From contig CAMDDG010000002.1 in the NCBI GenBank assembly GCA_945890895.1, forward strand, positions 40,048 to 104,047: 64,000 nt of DNA, read 5' to 3'. The notes under the pieces are model-generated. The model was not told the origin of the DNA, searched no databases, and worked only from the letters and a program-made list of their open reading frames with translations. Made by a program: the position numbers and the translations under genes. Positions 11,303-20,078 of this stretch are shown here, one piece after another. The number at the start of each line of letters is the position of its first letter. Positions within the stretch are counted from its first letter, which is position 1. The stretch is from Chitinophaga pinensis. GTDB taxonomy: Bacteria > Bacteroidota > Bacteroidia > NS11-12g > UBA955.

Positions 11303-11855
11303 GTGCTGATTACGCGATCATATCCATAGCTCTATTGGTTATTAAAATTTGTTAATCTAATTCTACTTTTATTTCTAGATACTCCAATCCTACTCTCAGT
11401 TTTATATAATTCCATTATAACTTTCTGTCTTAGAATAACAAATTCTACTTCACTCTATTCAATTCTAATGTACTTTAAGCATCAATCAATTAAAAAACTG
11501 GAACGTAAATGTAAATGGTTGATTTTAATAAAACACCCTATTTAATCAGTTCCATTCTAAGGAATCCTTTTTCCGAAATACGAAATAAACCGATTTAGTT
11601 TTGTTTACTGTTTCAATCAACTAGATAAACAAGGAATAAAAATCAAAATATCCATTCATCCGAATTATGTTTAACTTTATCGATATCCACTTAAACATAA
11701 TAACAAATTTATTCTATACAACTATTGATTTTCAATTACTTAAAAAATAAAACATAAATTTATCAATATTATTGTTTAAGTATTTAACCACATACATTAA
11801 ACAATAAACGTTGAATAATACCTGAATACTATAGATATTTGTTTAACGATTTGCT

Positions 11856-12395
11856 ATGAAGGTTACACAATTGAATTTCGACAAAATGATGGAGCAAGAA
11901 CTAGCGCCACTAAGAAACTATGCTCTATCTCTAACTCACGATATGGATGATACTAAAGATTTAGTGCAAGACACTATCTTAAAAGCATATCGATATAGAG
12001 AGAACTTTAAAGCAGGGACCAACTTACGAGGTTGGCTTTATACTATTCTAAAGAATTCTTTTATCAACAATTATAGAAGAAATCAAAAACGAAATACGTT
12101 TTTAGATAGTACTGAAAATACCTATTTTTTAGATATACCTTCTCATAAGGTTGACAACGATGCGGAATTAAAATTCATTCGTAAAGATTTGGATTCAGCG
12201 GTAGAATCATTGCCTTATGATTTGAAATTGACTTTTAAGTTAAATGCAGAAGGATTTAAATATCACGAAATTGCCGAAGAACTCAACATACCTATTGGAA
12301 CAGTTAAAACCAGAATATTTATTGCACGCCGTGTTTTAAGAGAAAAATTGAAAGATTATGCTCTAGAATTTGGCTATCAATTACAACCAGCGTAA
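11856..12395 (+). CDS. ECF-type RNA polymerase sigma-70 family factor
   Basis: Region 2 (DDTKDLVQDTILKAYRYRENF...GWLYTILKNSFINNYRR) and region 4 HTH (YHEIAEELNIPIGTVKTRIFIARRVLREKL). Confidence 0.9.
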   Translation: MKVTQLNFDKMMEQELAPLRNYALSLTHDMDDTKDLVQDTILKAYRYRENFKAGTNLRGWLYTILKNSFINNYRRNQKRNTFLDSTENTYFLDIPSHKVDNDAELKFIRKDLDSAVESLPYDLKLTFKLNAEGFKYHEIAEELNIPIGTVKTRIFIARRVLREKLKDYALEFGYQLQPA

Positions 12396-12407
12396 ATTGA
12401 ACATTCA

Positions 12408-13115
12408 ATGTACGTTCCAGTTAGCAATCACTATACTTATATATTCTTAGATATTGTAACCATTGTAGGGCCACTTTTTCTATCTTTCGATAAAAAAGTG
12501 GCCTATTACAAGTACTTAAGAAAATTTGCAATTTCCACCTTCTTCACATCCTTAGTTTATATCATTTGGGATATTATTTTTACTCAACAGGGTGTCTGGA
12601 AATTCAACCAAGACTATTTAATCGGTTTAAATATTGTAAATCTGCCCATTGAAGAATACGGATTTTTTACGGTAGTACCTTATGCATGTATTTTTATTTA
12701 CATGTGTTTGAAAATTTATTTTCCAAAAATTGCTATCCCTTTCAATTTTACTTGGTCTCTTATTACTCTTGGTTCTATACTTCTAGGCATTATTTATTTT
12801 GATAAAATATACACGTTTATTACGTTCGGCTTAATTGCATTAACTCTGACATTAATGAGGACTTTTGCCAGTTCGTTTTTGAAAAAATATTGGAGTCATT
12901 TTTTTATCTCTTGGGTCATAGCTATTATACCCATGGCTTACGTAAATGGAGTTCTAACTTCAAAACCTGTACTCATCTATAATGACCTTCAAAATATGGG
13001 TTTCCGCATTGGAACCATACCATTCGAAGATTTCTTCTATAACTTTTTGTATATGCTCTGGAGCATTAGTATTTTCGAGTTACTGCTCCAAAAAAGTCAA
13101 TTCGATAAAAAGTAA
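12408..13115 (+). CDS. Lycopene-cyclase-domain membrane protein (fused CrtYc/CrtYd type)
   Basis: Polytopic membrane protein with two half-domains. Each carries the PxE(E/D) signature (LPIEEYGFF; IPFEDFFYNF). Size of about 235 aa is typical of fused heterodimer-type cyclases. It starts 12 nt after the sigma factor stop. Confidence 0.65.
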   Translation: MYVPVSNHYTYIFLDIVTIVGPLFLSFDKKVAYYKYLRKFAISTFFTSLVYIIWDIIFTQQGVWKFNQDYLIGLNIVNLPIEEYGFFTVVPYACIFIYMCLKIYFPKIAIPFNFTWSLITLGSILLGIIYFDKIYTFITFGLIALTLTLMRTFASSFLKKYWSHFFISWVIAIIPMAYVNGVLTSKPVLIYNDLQNMGFRIGTIPFEDFFYNFLYMLWSISIFELLLQKSQFDKK

Positions 13116-13418
13116 CAAAATCCAAAGAATATCTCTTATTGTAGTTGGCAATTTTCAATGAAGGGTAATTAAACACCACATTTTAAATCAAAGTCGTAAG
13201 TACACCAAAAAAAAAAAGTAAACTCTAGATAAATAAAAACTAGCTACAACTAAAGAGTTAACACACAATCGCTTTTAACGAGTAACAACGTTAGATTTGC
13301 ATATTCTAACCCAGAATAACATAGTGTAAATAGTAGAATATAAAGCGTATTAGACCCAAATTCAATGTTGATCTAAACTAAATTTTAATTGACAAACACT
13401 GAAAAAAAATGATAACCA

Positions 13419-14402
13419 CTAATTCCAGACAGCGGTATCATTTAAAGACATCTCCTTTGCTTGTTTACGTTGGCGTTTAGTGAAGGGAATCGGTACATAT
13501 TTTTCGGGATACCGTTTTAGATCTTTTAAAATTCTGTTTAATTCAACTGTAGTAGAGTTCAAATTTTGGTACAGCGACTCATCGTAAATCAATTTCCCCA
13601 GACTTCCTTTACCTGATTTCATTTGATTTGTTAAGGAATTCAAACCAGAAATCAAACTATCTGAATGTTCCAAAATACGAGCTATTTTAATAGTATCTAA
13701 TCCTTCTGTTGACTTATCTATTCGAGTCAATGTTGATCGGATTGACTTATTATATTCTTTAAGATTATCCGTAAACACAGCCAAATTTTTCATTGATGCT
13801 TCAACATATTCAGTATTCGATGAAATCATTCCACGTGAATCTCTTAATAATAATTTCAACTCATTCATTGCTCCTGGTAATTCTGTTAATGCCTGATCTA
13901 AACCCGGATGATGTAAAACACGATTCATTTGAGTTAGAAGCGAGTCTACCTTTGATGCTATGGGTAATACTTGTTCATTGATTGCAGAGAACTGATCACT
14001 TGCATAAGTTCCCAACAATGTATCACCATCTTCGGCGTAATTTTTAGATGCACCTAAAACCAATCGTACTTTTTGACCACCTAACAATTCCGATTGAATT
14101 TGAAACTTAGAATCCTTGGGTATTTCCAAACTCGACGCCACTTCAAATCGAGCTTCCATTCTCTTCCCATCATCAGTAATATCTATTGAGGATAACTGAC
14201 CAATTCTCAAACCATTATAAATAACGGATGTACCTACACCCAATCCTTGAGTACTATCGTAATAAACTATAAATTCTTTCCCTCGGGTAAATGGATTGTC
14301 TTTCCCTCGCATAAAATTGTATCCCAAGATAAGAATGGTGATTGCAATGGTGGTGAGTGTGCCAACTTGAAACTCTTTCGACAAACCTTTAAAAATAGAC
14401 AT
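13419..14402 (-). CDS. MlaD/MCE-family protein
   Basis: N-terminal TM segment followed by an MCE domain (YYDSTQGLGVGTSVIYNGLRIGQLSSI...QSELLGGQKVRL) and a long helical C-terminus. Confidence 0.8.
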   Translation of the reverse strand: MSIFKGLSKEFQVGTLTTIAITILILGYNFMRGKDNPFTRGKEFIVYYDSTQGLGVGTSVIYNGLRIGQLSSIDITDDGKRMEARFEVASSLEIPKDSKFQIQSELLGGQKVRLVLGASKNYAEDGDTLLGTYASDQFSAINEQVLPIASKVDSLLTQMNRVLHHPGLDQALTELPGAMNELKLLLRDSRGMISSNTEYVEASMKNLAVFTDNLKEYNKSIRSTLTRIDKSTEGLDTIKIARILEHSDSLISGLNSLTNQMKSGKGSLGKLIYDESLYQNLNSTTVELNRILKDLKRYPEKYVPIPFTKRQRKQAKEMSLNDTAVWN

Positions 14403-14407
14403 TAGTT

Positions 14408-14415
14408 CAAAATTA
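14408..14415 (-). promoter_or_regulatory. Candidate -7 box TAATTTTG, 5 nt upstream of the MlaD-family ATG
   Basis: CAAAATTA on the plus strand. Confidence 0.45.
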
Positions 14416-14730
14416 CTAATTTTAATTTAAATGCTGTTAAAACTCGATAAAACGAACTCGATATTTGATTCACTATAATTTAGAAATTAAATTTTATTGA
14501 ATCAGTAACCTAAATGATTCCTAGAAATTACCCAAGAGTACTCTTATTGAAAACAAATAGAAGCTTAAAACAATCTTAGGTTCTCCCAAAAATCAATACT
14601 AATACAAATTAGTTCTTATTCAAAAAACTTACCCTATCCATCTTTAATATTTCTATTTAAAATAAATATTAATATCTAAGAAAACGATTTAGTAAGGGAA
14701 TGTAATCCAAAAGCAAGAGTAATAGACAAT

Positions 14731-14763
14731 AAAAAAGGCCTTGGAAATTAATCCAAGGCCTTT
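14731..14763 (-). terminator. Rho-independent terminator downstream of the large T9SS cargo gene
   Basis: GGCCTTGGA (14737-14745) pairs with TCCAAGGCC (14752-14760). The A-run at 14731-14736 gives a U-tail on the minus strand. Confidence 0.7.
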
Positions 14764-14785
14764 CCTTAATATAGGTTATCTATAA

Positions 14786-17700
14786 TTAGTTATTTACAAC
14801 CAATTTTTTAACAGCTGTCTGACCGTTATTAGTGATACGAACGAAGTAAACACCTTTAGCGTTTCCAGCTAAGTTGAATTCTTCAGTTCCCATTCCACCT
14901 TTAACCACACGTGTTGCAACTGTAGCACCTACTGCATTAACTACTTCGATATTTACAGATTCGTTGTTGTTAACTGCGTAAGAAACATTCACTAAACCAG
15001 AAGTTGGGTTAGGATGAACGTTTACTGCATCTTCCAAGTTGAAGTTTTTAACATCCATGTAGGTGTTTTGGCAATTTGGAGGATACGCTACGAATACTGT
15101 ACGAGATACGATAGCGGCTTGATTACCACTTGGATCAGAAAGTGAGTAGTTGATGTAGTAAATACCAGCTTCCATAACATTCACGTTATGTGAAACAACT
15201 TTCACTAATGGTTCTAAATCACCAGCAGAATAGTAGTTATCTTTCACAATCAAACCAGTCAATGACCAGAATGGAGTACCAACGCAAGCAGATACTGGAG
15301 GCGCTGTTAATTCTGGAGCAATGCGGTCAACTACTTTAACAAATCTCTTCTTAGTAGCTTTATTGCCACTTGCATCTGTAGCGATGTAAGTTTCTACATA
15401 AGTTCCTAATGTGTAAGGATCTACTTTACCAGTGCGAACTACTGAAACTTGAGTAGGACCATAGTAGTTATCAGATACTGTAACACTACGAGATGAATAA
15501 TCATCATTCACGTCATGTAAAATGGTGTCTGAAGTATTCAATTCAATGTTTGGAGCGATGAAATCATCAACAATATAATTAATTACATAACCATCTTCAT
15601 CCGCTTTGTTACCAGATGGATCTACAGCGCCGTAGAAGATTGGATAAGTAGCACGTTGTTGGTTGTTAACAACACCGTTGAATCCAGGATCTTTCTTCAA
15701 GAAGATGTTACCATTACATGGATCTAAAGCGTAGATATCATCAACAAATGCAGTATTGATTTGTACGTTGATTGTCATGTTGTTGGTGATACGCTTACCT
15801 AAACGGTAGATACCGGGCTTCTGAGTATCGCGAACACGTACCAAACGAACTTTAGTAGATTCATTACCTTGAGCATCTTTCACGCTGTAAGTAATAGTGT
15901 AATCACCAGTAGCACTAGGATCTACAGTACCATTAACTTTAATAGCAGAAGTTAAATCACCATCAACAGCATCATTAGCAACAGCACCTGGATCAGAGAA
16001 AGTTCCACACTGCTCAACGGTTACTGTATCGTTACCTTGTAAGGTCAATACTGGACCGGTTCTGTCTAATACAACAATGATAGTACGAGTTTTAGGCATT
16101 GCTTTGTTACCAGATGCATCAACTAAGTTGAATTCCATACTGTAAACACCTGCAACTGAACAATCCAAATCAGAAGTGATAACCACTTTGTTTGTCAAAT
16201 CACCTTCAGTTCCATCAGATGCTTTATACGTTTGAGAAGCTACTTCTTGATAGCAAGCGCTAGCTGAAGATGTTCTTTCAACACGTACGGTATCTGAACC
16301 AACCAAAGAAATCATAGGAGCAGTGTTATCATTAGCCAATAAAATTGGATAATCTTCGAATTCACCAACTTGGTTTACACCACATGGGCTATTAGAGAAT
16401 GAACCGTAAGATGCACCTACACGCATTCTTGTTACACCTTCAAACGATTTAGCAATTTCAGGAACTGTGAAAGTAGCGTTAGCAATTAAACCCTTCATAG
16501 CACCTGTAGACATAACTTCTTCACCTGCATCATCAAAATCACCATCGATGTTCCAGTCGATCCAAGCTTTGTAGTTCACTTCGTTTGAGCTAGTTTTACG
16601 AGCAACACTCATGCTATAAGTAGCACCGAAAGTCATGTTCATAGCACGTCCATCCGTAAATGAAGTGTAAGAAAGACCTGATTCAGTTTCGCTATTCAAT
16701 AAGAATTTGTTGTTTTTGTCGATTACAGCAACTTTAGCGATAGCAACGTCTTTAGAAGTCATGTTGGTCAAAGGAATGCAATAGTCTAAACAAATTACAT
16801 ATTTAGCTTTGATAACTTTCTTCTCAGTAGTAGTACGACCAGCGGTACCATTGTATGCACTCAAAGTGAAGGTGTAAGCACCACCAGCAGTGAATTCAAT
16901 TTCAGGATTTTGGCTCTTAGAAGTAGTTCCATTTACATATTTAAATGTAGTTGGGAAAATACTCCATTCGAAAACGTCAGCATAATCAGAAGTGGTAGTG
17001 AATTTAACTGGCTGACCAATAGTTGGACGCAGGTTATCCGCTTTGAAATCTACAAATTCAGCTTTAGTTGGAGTGTATACAGTAATGTTTTTGCAAGCTG
17101 TATCGAAACCAGTACAAGTTTGGGCAACCATACATACTTTGTAAGTTCCGTCAGTGTAGAAACGCTCAGAAGCATCAGCAGTGTAGAAATTATTAGTTAC
17201 ATTACCTTGGTTATCAGAGATTTCCCAGAAATAATTAGGAACACCTTTAGTATTTGCAGTTTTGTTGAAGAAGTTAGCCGCAGCACCGTTACCAATTGGA
17301 TTGTATTCGATGTCGAAGTTAGCATCCGGTAAAGTTGGAGTTTCCAAATCAGAATCCCAGTTCAAAATAAATCCACGAGATACACCAGAACCATTCGTTT
17401 GGAAAGTGATAAACGCAGCACCTGACATCAATTTCAAGGTTGCTGTATCGTACATAATTTGATTGCTCTTGTTAATTTTCGCAACCACTTTGTTTGGATC
17501 CTCTTCGTCAGAATCGTAAATAGTCAAAATATCACCGTCATCAGCTAAAGAAAGGTCAGCAAATTTCAATCTGATTTCTTGAGCACCGCAAGGTAAAATT
17601 TGGAAATAGTCGATAGATGTTTTTCTGTTGTTTGCATAATCGCCAGTTGGACCAGCATGGTCAAACAAACGTCCAAAACGTGTTGTTGCCTCTTTTTGAG

Positions 17701-18835
17701 GACCCATGTAGTTGTCCAAAGTAGGTAAGCATTCTACGTAACGGTCTTTACAAACTGTTTTAGATGCACCTACACCATTTGAAGATGTCAAACATACTTT
17801 GTGCCATCCAGCTTCGTTCATGTAGAACTTAGGATTTTGAGCAACAGAAACGTCATCTCCAATACCAGTTGGTGAATAAATTTCCCAAGACCAAGAAGTT
17901 GGACCGTTAGAACTCAAGTCAAACAATTGTACTTCATATCCCAATTCCACTTCGTTGTTATCAGCAATAAAGTCAGCAGTAGGAACCACAGTAGGTGCAG
18001 TAATTGTAACTACTTTGGTAGTTGAATCCTTGATACCGCAATAGTCTACTACCATTTTCACATCGTACTTACCAGCAGATGTCCAACGAGCAGAACCTTT
18101 AGTACCAGTTCCAGCGATTACTTGAAGCGCTTGATCGAATGTCCATTTGTAAGAAGCACCAGGATTAGGACTGGTTGCAGGGAATACTACAGGGGAACCT
18201 TCCCAATTAGGACCGGTTGGAACAACAAAATTAGCCACAGGTGTTGGACCTAGCTTGTAGTTTACTTCCAAATCAAATACGTTACCGTAACCAGCGATTG
18301 CTCCACAACCTTGATTTTTAGTTAAGGTATTTGAAGTCATACAACCGCGGAAACGCATGTGACTCTTACCAGCTTTTGTGAAACAAGGAACTTTAACGTC
18401 GAACTTGTTTACAGAAGCGCCAATAGTGTACATACTTGGATCCACAACGCACTCAGCTGCTTCAAACTGAGAATTCAAACTTGCATCCATCCAAACACCT
18501 GGGCGTGTGTAGTAACCAGCCCACTCAGTTCCTGTAATTTCGATGGTGATTTCTTCTCCAGCAGTTAAATCGATGGGTGCACCTTGGTTCAATACACCTA
18601 CATAGGTGTTTGTTCCACTACACTTCAAACTGCTGTAAGAAGCCAAAACGGCTCCAGCTTTGTTTTTGATTGTTACCGCGTCGATGTCTCCGCAGTAGCC
18701 GTACTGACTGGGACAACCGTAACTAAACGATCCCGAGCACGGTGTCTGAGCTTCTAGGCGAGTTCCCGAGAATGCTCCCAAGACCATCGCACCAAAAACC
18801 AGCGCTTTTTTAAACATAGTAATTGTTGATTTCAT
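14786..18835 (-). CDS. Large multidomain surface protein with a T9SS type A C-terminal sorting domain
   Basis: Signal peptide (MKSTITMFKKALVFGAMVLGAFSG). PKD-like repeats (ANFVVP...YKWTFD...GKYDVKMVV). A CUB-like segment. A GEVED domain ending GVNQVGEFEDYPILL. Several Ig-like (HYR/DUF5011-like) repeats (GD..T..V..AVDG..DLT). C-terminal VHPNPTSG...GVYFVRI...KLVVNN tail. ATG at 18835 is preferred over the TTG at 18874. Confidence 0.85.
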   Translation of the reverse strand: MKSTITMFKKALVFGAMVLGAFSGTRLEAQTPCSGSFSYGCPSQYGYCGDIDAVTIKNKAGAVLASYSSLKCSGTNTYVGVLNQGAPIDLTAGEEITIEITGTEWAGYYTRPGVWMDASLNSQFEAAECVVDPSMYTIGASVNKFDVKVPCFTKAGKSHMRFRGCMTSNTLTKNQGCGAIAGYGNVFDLEVNYKLGPTPVANFVVPTGPNWEGSPVVFPATSPNPGASYKWTFDQALQVIAGTGTKGSARWTSAGKYDVKMVVDYCGIKDSTTKVVTITAPTVVPTADFIADNNEVELGYEVQLFDLSSNGPTSWSWEIYSPTGIGDDVSVAQNPKFYMNEAGWHKVCLTSSNGVGASKTVCKDRYVECLPTLDNYMGPQKEATTRFGRLFDHAGPTGDYANNRKTSIDYFQILPCGAQEIRLKFADLSLADDGDILTIYDSDEEDPNKVVAKINKSNQIMYDTATLKLMSGAAFITFQTNGSGVSRGFILNWDSDLETPTLPDANFDIEYNPIGNGAAANFFNKTANTKGVPNYFWEISDNQGNVTNNFYTADASERFYTDGTYKVCMVAQTCTGFDTACKNITVYTPTKAEFVDFKADNLRPTIGQPVKFTTTSDYADVFEWSIFPTTFKYVNGTTSKSQNPEIEFTAGGAYTFTLSAYNGTAGRTTTEKKVIKAKYVICLDYCIPLTNMTSKDVAIAKVAVIDKNNKFLLNSETESGLSYTSFTDGRAMNMTFGATYSMSVARKTSSNEVNYKAWIDWNIDGDFDDAGEEVMSTGAMKGLIANATFTVPEIAKSFEGVTRMRVGASYGSFSNSPCGVNQVGEFEDYPILLANDNTAPMISLVGSDTVRVERTSSASACYQEVASQTYKASDGTEGDLTNKVVITSDLDCSVAGVYSMEFNLVDASGNKAMPKTRTIIVVLDRTGPVLTLQGNDTVTVEQCGTFSDPGAVANDAVDGDLTSAIKVNGTVDPSATGDYTITYSVKDAQGNESTKVRLVRVRDTQKPGIYRLGKRITNNMTINVQINTAFVDDIYALDPCNGNIFLKKDPGFNGVVNNQQRATYPIFYGAVDPSGNKADEDGYVINYIVDDFIAPNIELNTSDTILHDVNDDYSSRSVTVSDNYYGPTQVSVVRTGKVDPYTLGTYVETYIATDASGNKATKKRFVKVVDRIAPELTAPPVSACVGTPFWSLTGLIVKDNYYSAGDLEPLVKVVSHNVNVMEAGIYYINYSLSDPSGNQAAIVSRTVFVAYPPNCQNTYMDVKNFNLEDAVNVHPNPTSGLVNVSYAVNNNESVNIEVVNAVGATVATRVVKGGMGTEEFNLAGNAKGVYFVRITNNGQTAVKKLVVNN

Positions 18836-19159
18836 AGATATACCTTTCGTATTAAGTTTTTCTTTGAGACGCAATAAACAAAAAAGGTTGCAATTCTTTT
18901 TAATAAGTCTTTAAAAAAATATTAACCGCAAAATCAACAAATGCGCTTAAAAACCTGTTTATCAAACACTTAATACACAAAGGCGTTTTTAATTTACATT
19001 GACATGACATATAGAATCAATTTTTTTCGCCACTCAGCGAAGCGAATTCGCAGTTCATCGAATTGTCTATTTAACATCAAATGCAAAAAAATGAAATGAA
19101 TCCCATTCAAAAAAAGGATCCACCACAATCAGAATAAAAGAATTTACTCCCGAAAAATT

Positions 19160-20026
19160 TTACTTCAATTTTCGAAGTTCAACATGTTGCTTATAGCGTT
19201 TAATGGCTCTAAAAATGCCTAAAGCAACGGTTTGCTGACCCTCAGCAGTTTTTAAGTATTTCCGGTTTTCAGAATTGGTTAAAAAACCGGTTTCTATTAA
19301 TATCGATGGCATTGAAGTCTGCCATAAAACCAAAAACCCTGCTTGCTTCACTCCCCTACTCCGTATATCACTGATTTTGGCGGTCTCTTCTTCAACATAG
19401 GTGGATAAACGCAAAGCTTGATTTAAAAACGCATTTTGTACCAACGAAAAAATGATGTGCCCTTCCGGCGAATTCGGGTCAAAACCACCATAACGATCGT
19501 TATTCTTATAGTCGGATTCATACACAATTGCTGAATTTTCTCGTTTTGCCACGTCTAAATTCCCTTTATTCTTGTGTAATCCCATAAAATAGGTTTCACT
19601 CCCCTCGGCTGAAGTATTATCGTTGGCATTGCAATGCACGGAAATAAATAAATCAGCCTCATTGCGATTAGCAATATTGGGCCGCTCCCATAGTTTCAAT
19701 GCCTTATCGGAAGTACGTGTGTAAATAACACGAACATCCTCCATACTGTCGGAAATTAACTTTCCCAATTTCAAAACAACACCTAAAGTAACTTGCTTTT
19801 CCCAAATTTCACCAGCACCATTACAACCGGGGTCGGATCCTCCATGTCCTGCATCCAAAACAATGGTTTTAACCTGGTCTACTTTCCTTAGAGGCTTTTT
19901 GGCAGACGGAAGAAATAGCATTAATATTGCAGAAACAAAAAATGGGAAACCGATTATGATAAATCGTTGGCTCATTTTTAACCATGAACCTGTAAAATGT
20001 TTCAACCCAATTTTCGTTTCTTTCAT
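19160..20026 (-). CDS. N-acetylmuramoyl-L-alanine amidase (Amidase_3)
   Basis: VLDAGHGGSDPG, FISVHCNA and ETGFLTN motifs. The start could alternatively be the ATG at 19975. Confidence 0.9.
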   Translation of the reverse strand: MKETKIGLKHFTGSWLKMSQRFIIIGFPFFVSAILMLFLPSAKKPLRKVDQVKTIVLDAGHGGSDPGCNGAGEIWEKQVTLGVVLKLGKLISDSMEDVRVIYTRTSDKALKLWERPNIANRNEADLFISVHCNANDNTSAEGSETYFMGLHKNKGNLDVAKRENSAIVYESDYKNNDRYGGFDPNSPEGHIIFSLVQNAFLNQALRLSTYVEEETAKISDIRSRGVKQAGFLVLWQTSMPSILIETGFLTNSENRKYLKTAEGQQTVALGIFRAIKRYKQHVELRKLK

Positions 20027-20078
20027 ATTGCCCAGCTACTACAAAATTCTTGCCGAATTTCGTATTGCAAATTCAATT

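Noticed and set aside
11468-11750. Small ORFs of 25-31 aa occur in the long AT-rich spacers, for example at 11468, 11667 and 19005.
   Set aside because: They are expected by chance in AT-rich DNA. They have no promoter or start context and no recognisable peptide features.
16910-17332. Antisense ORFs of 60-170 aa lie inside large, well-supported genes. Examples are 1861..2058, 2329..2616, 16910..17332, 26395..26901, 39803..40273, 49994..50356 and 53850..54197.
   Set aside because: Each lies fully within, and opposite to, a CDS with strong family motifs. Their translations have no recognisable domains and the skewed composition typical of shadow frames.
19026-19051. A small hairpin (TTCGC/GCGAA) followed by the palindrome GCGAATTCGC lies between the amidase gene and the large cargo gene.
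   Set aside because: The stems are only 5 bp. No U-tail is present on the transcribed (minus) strand. The palindrome is compatible with chance and contains an EcoRI site.
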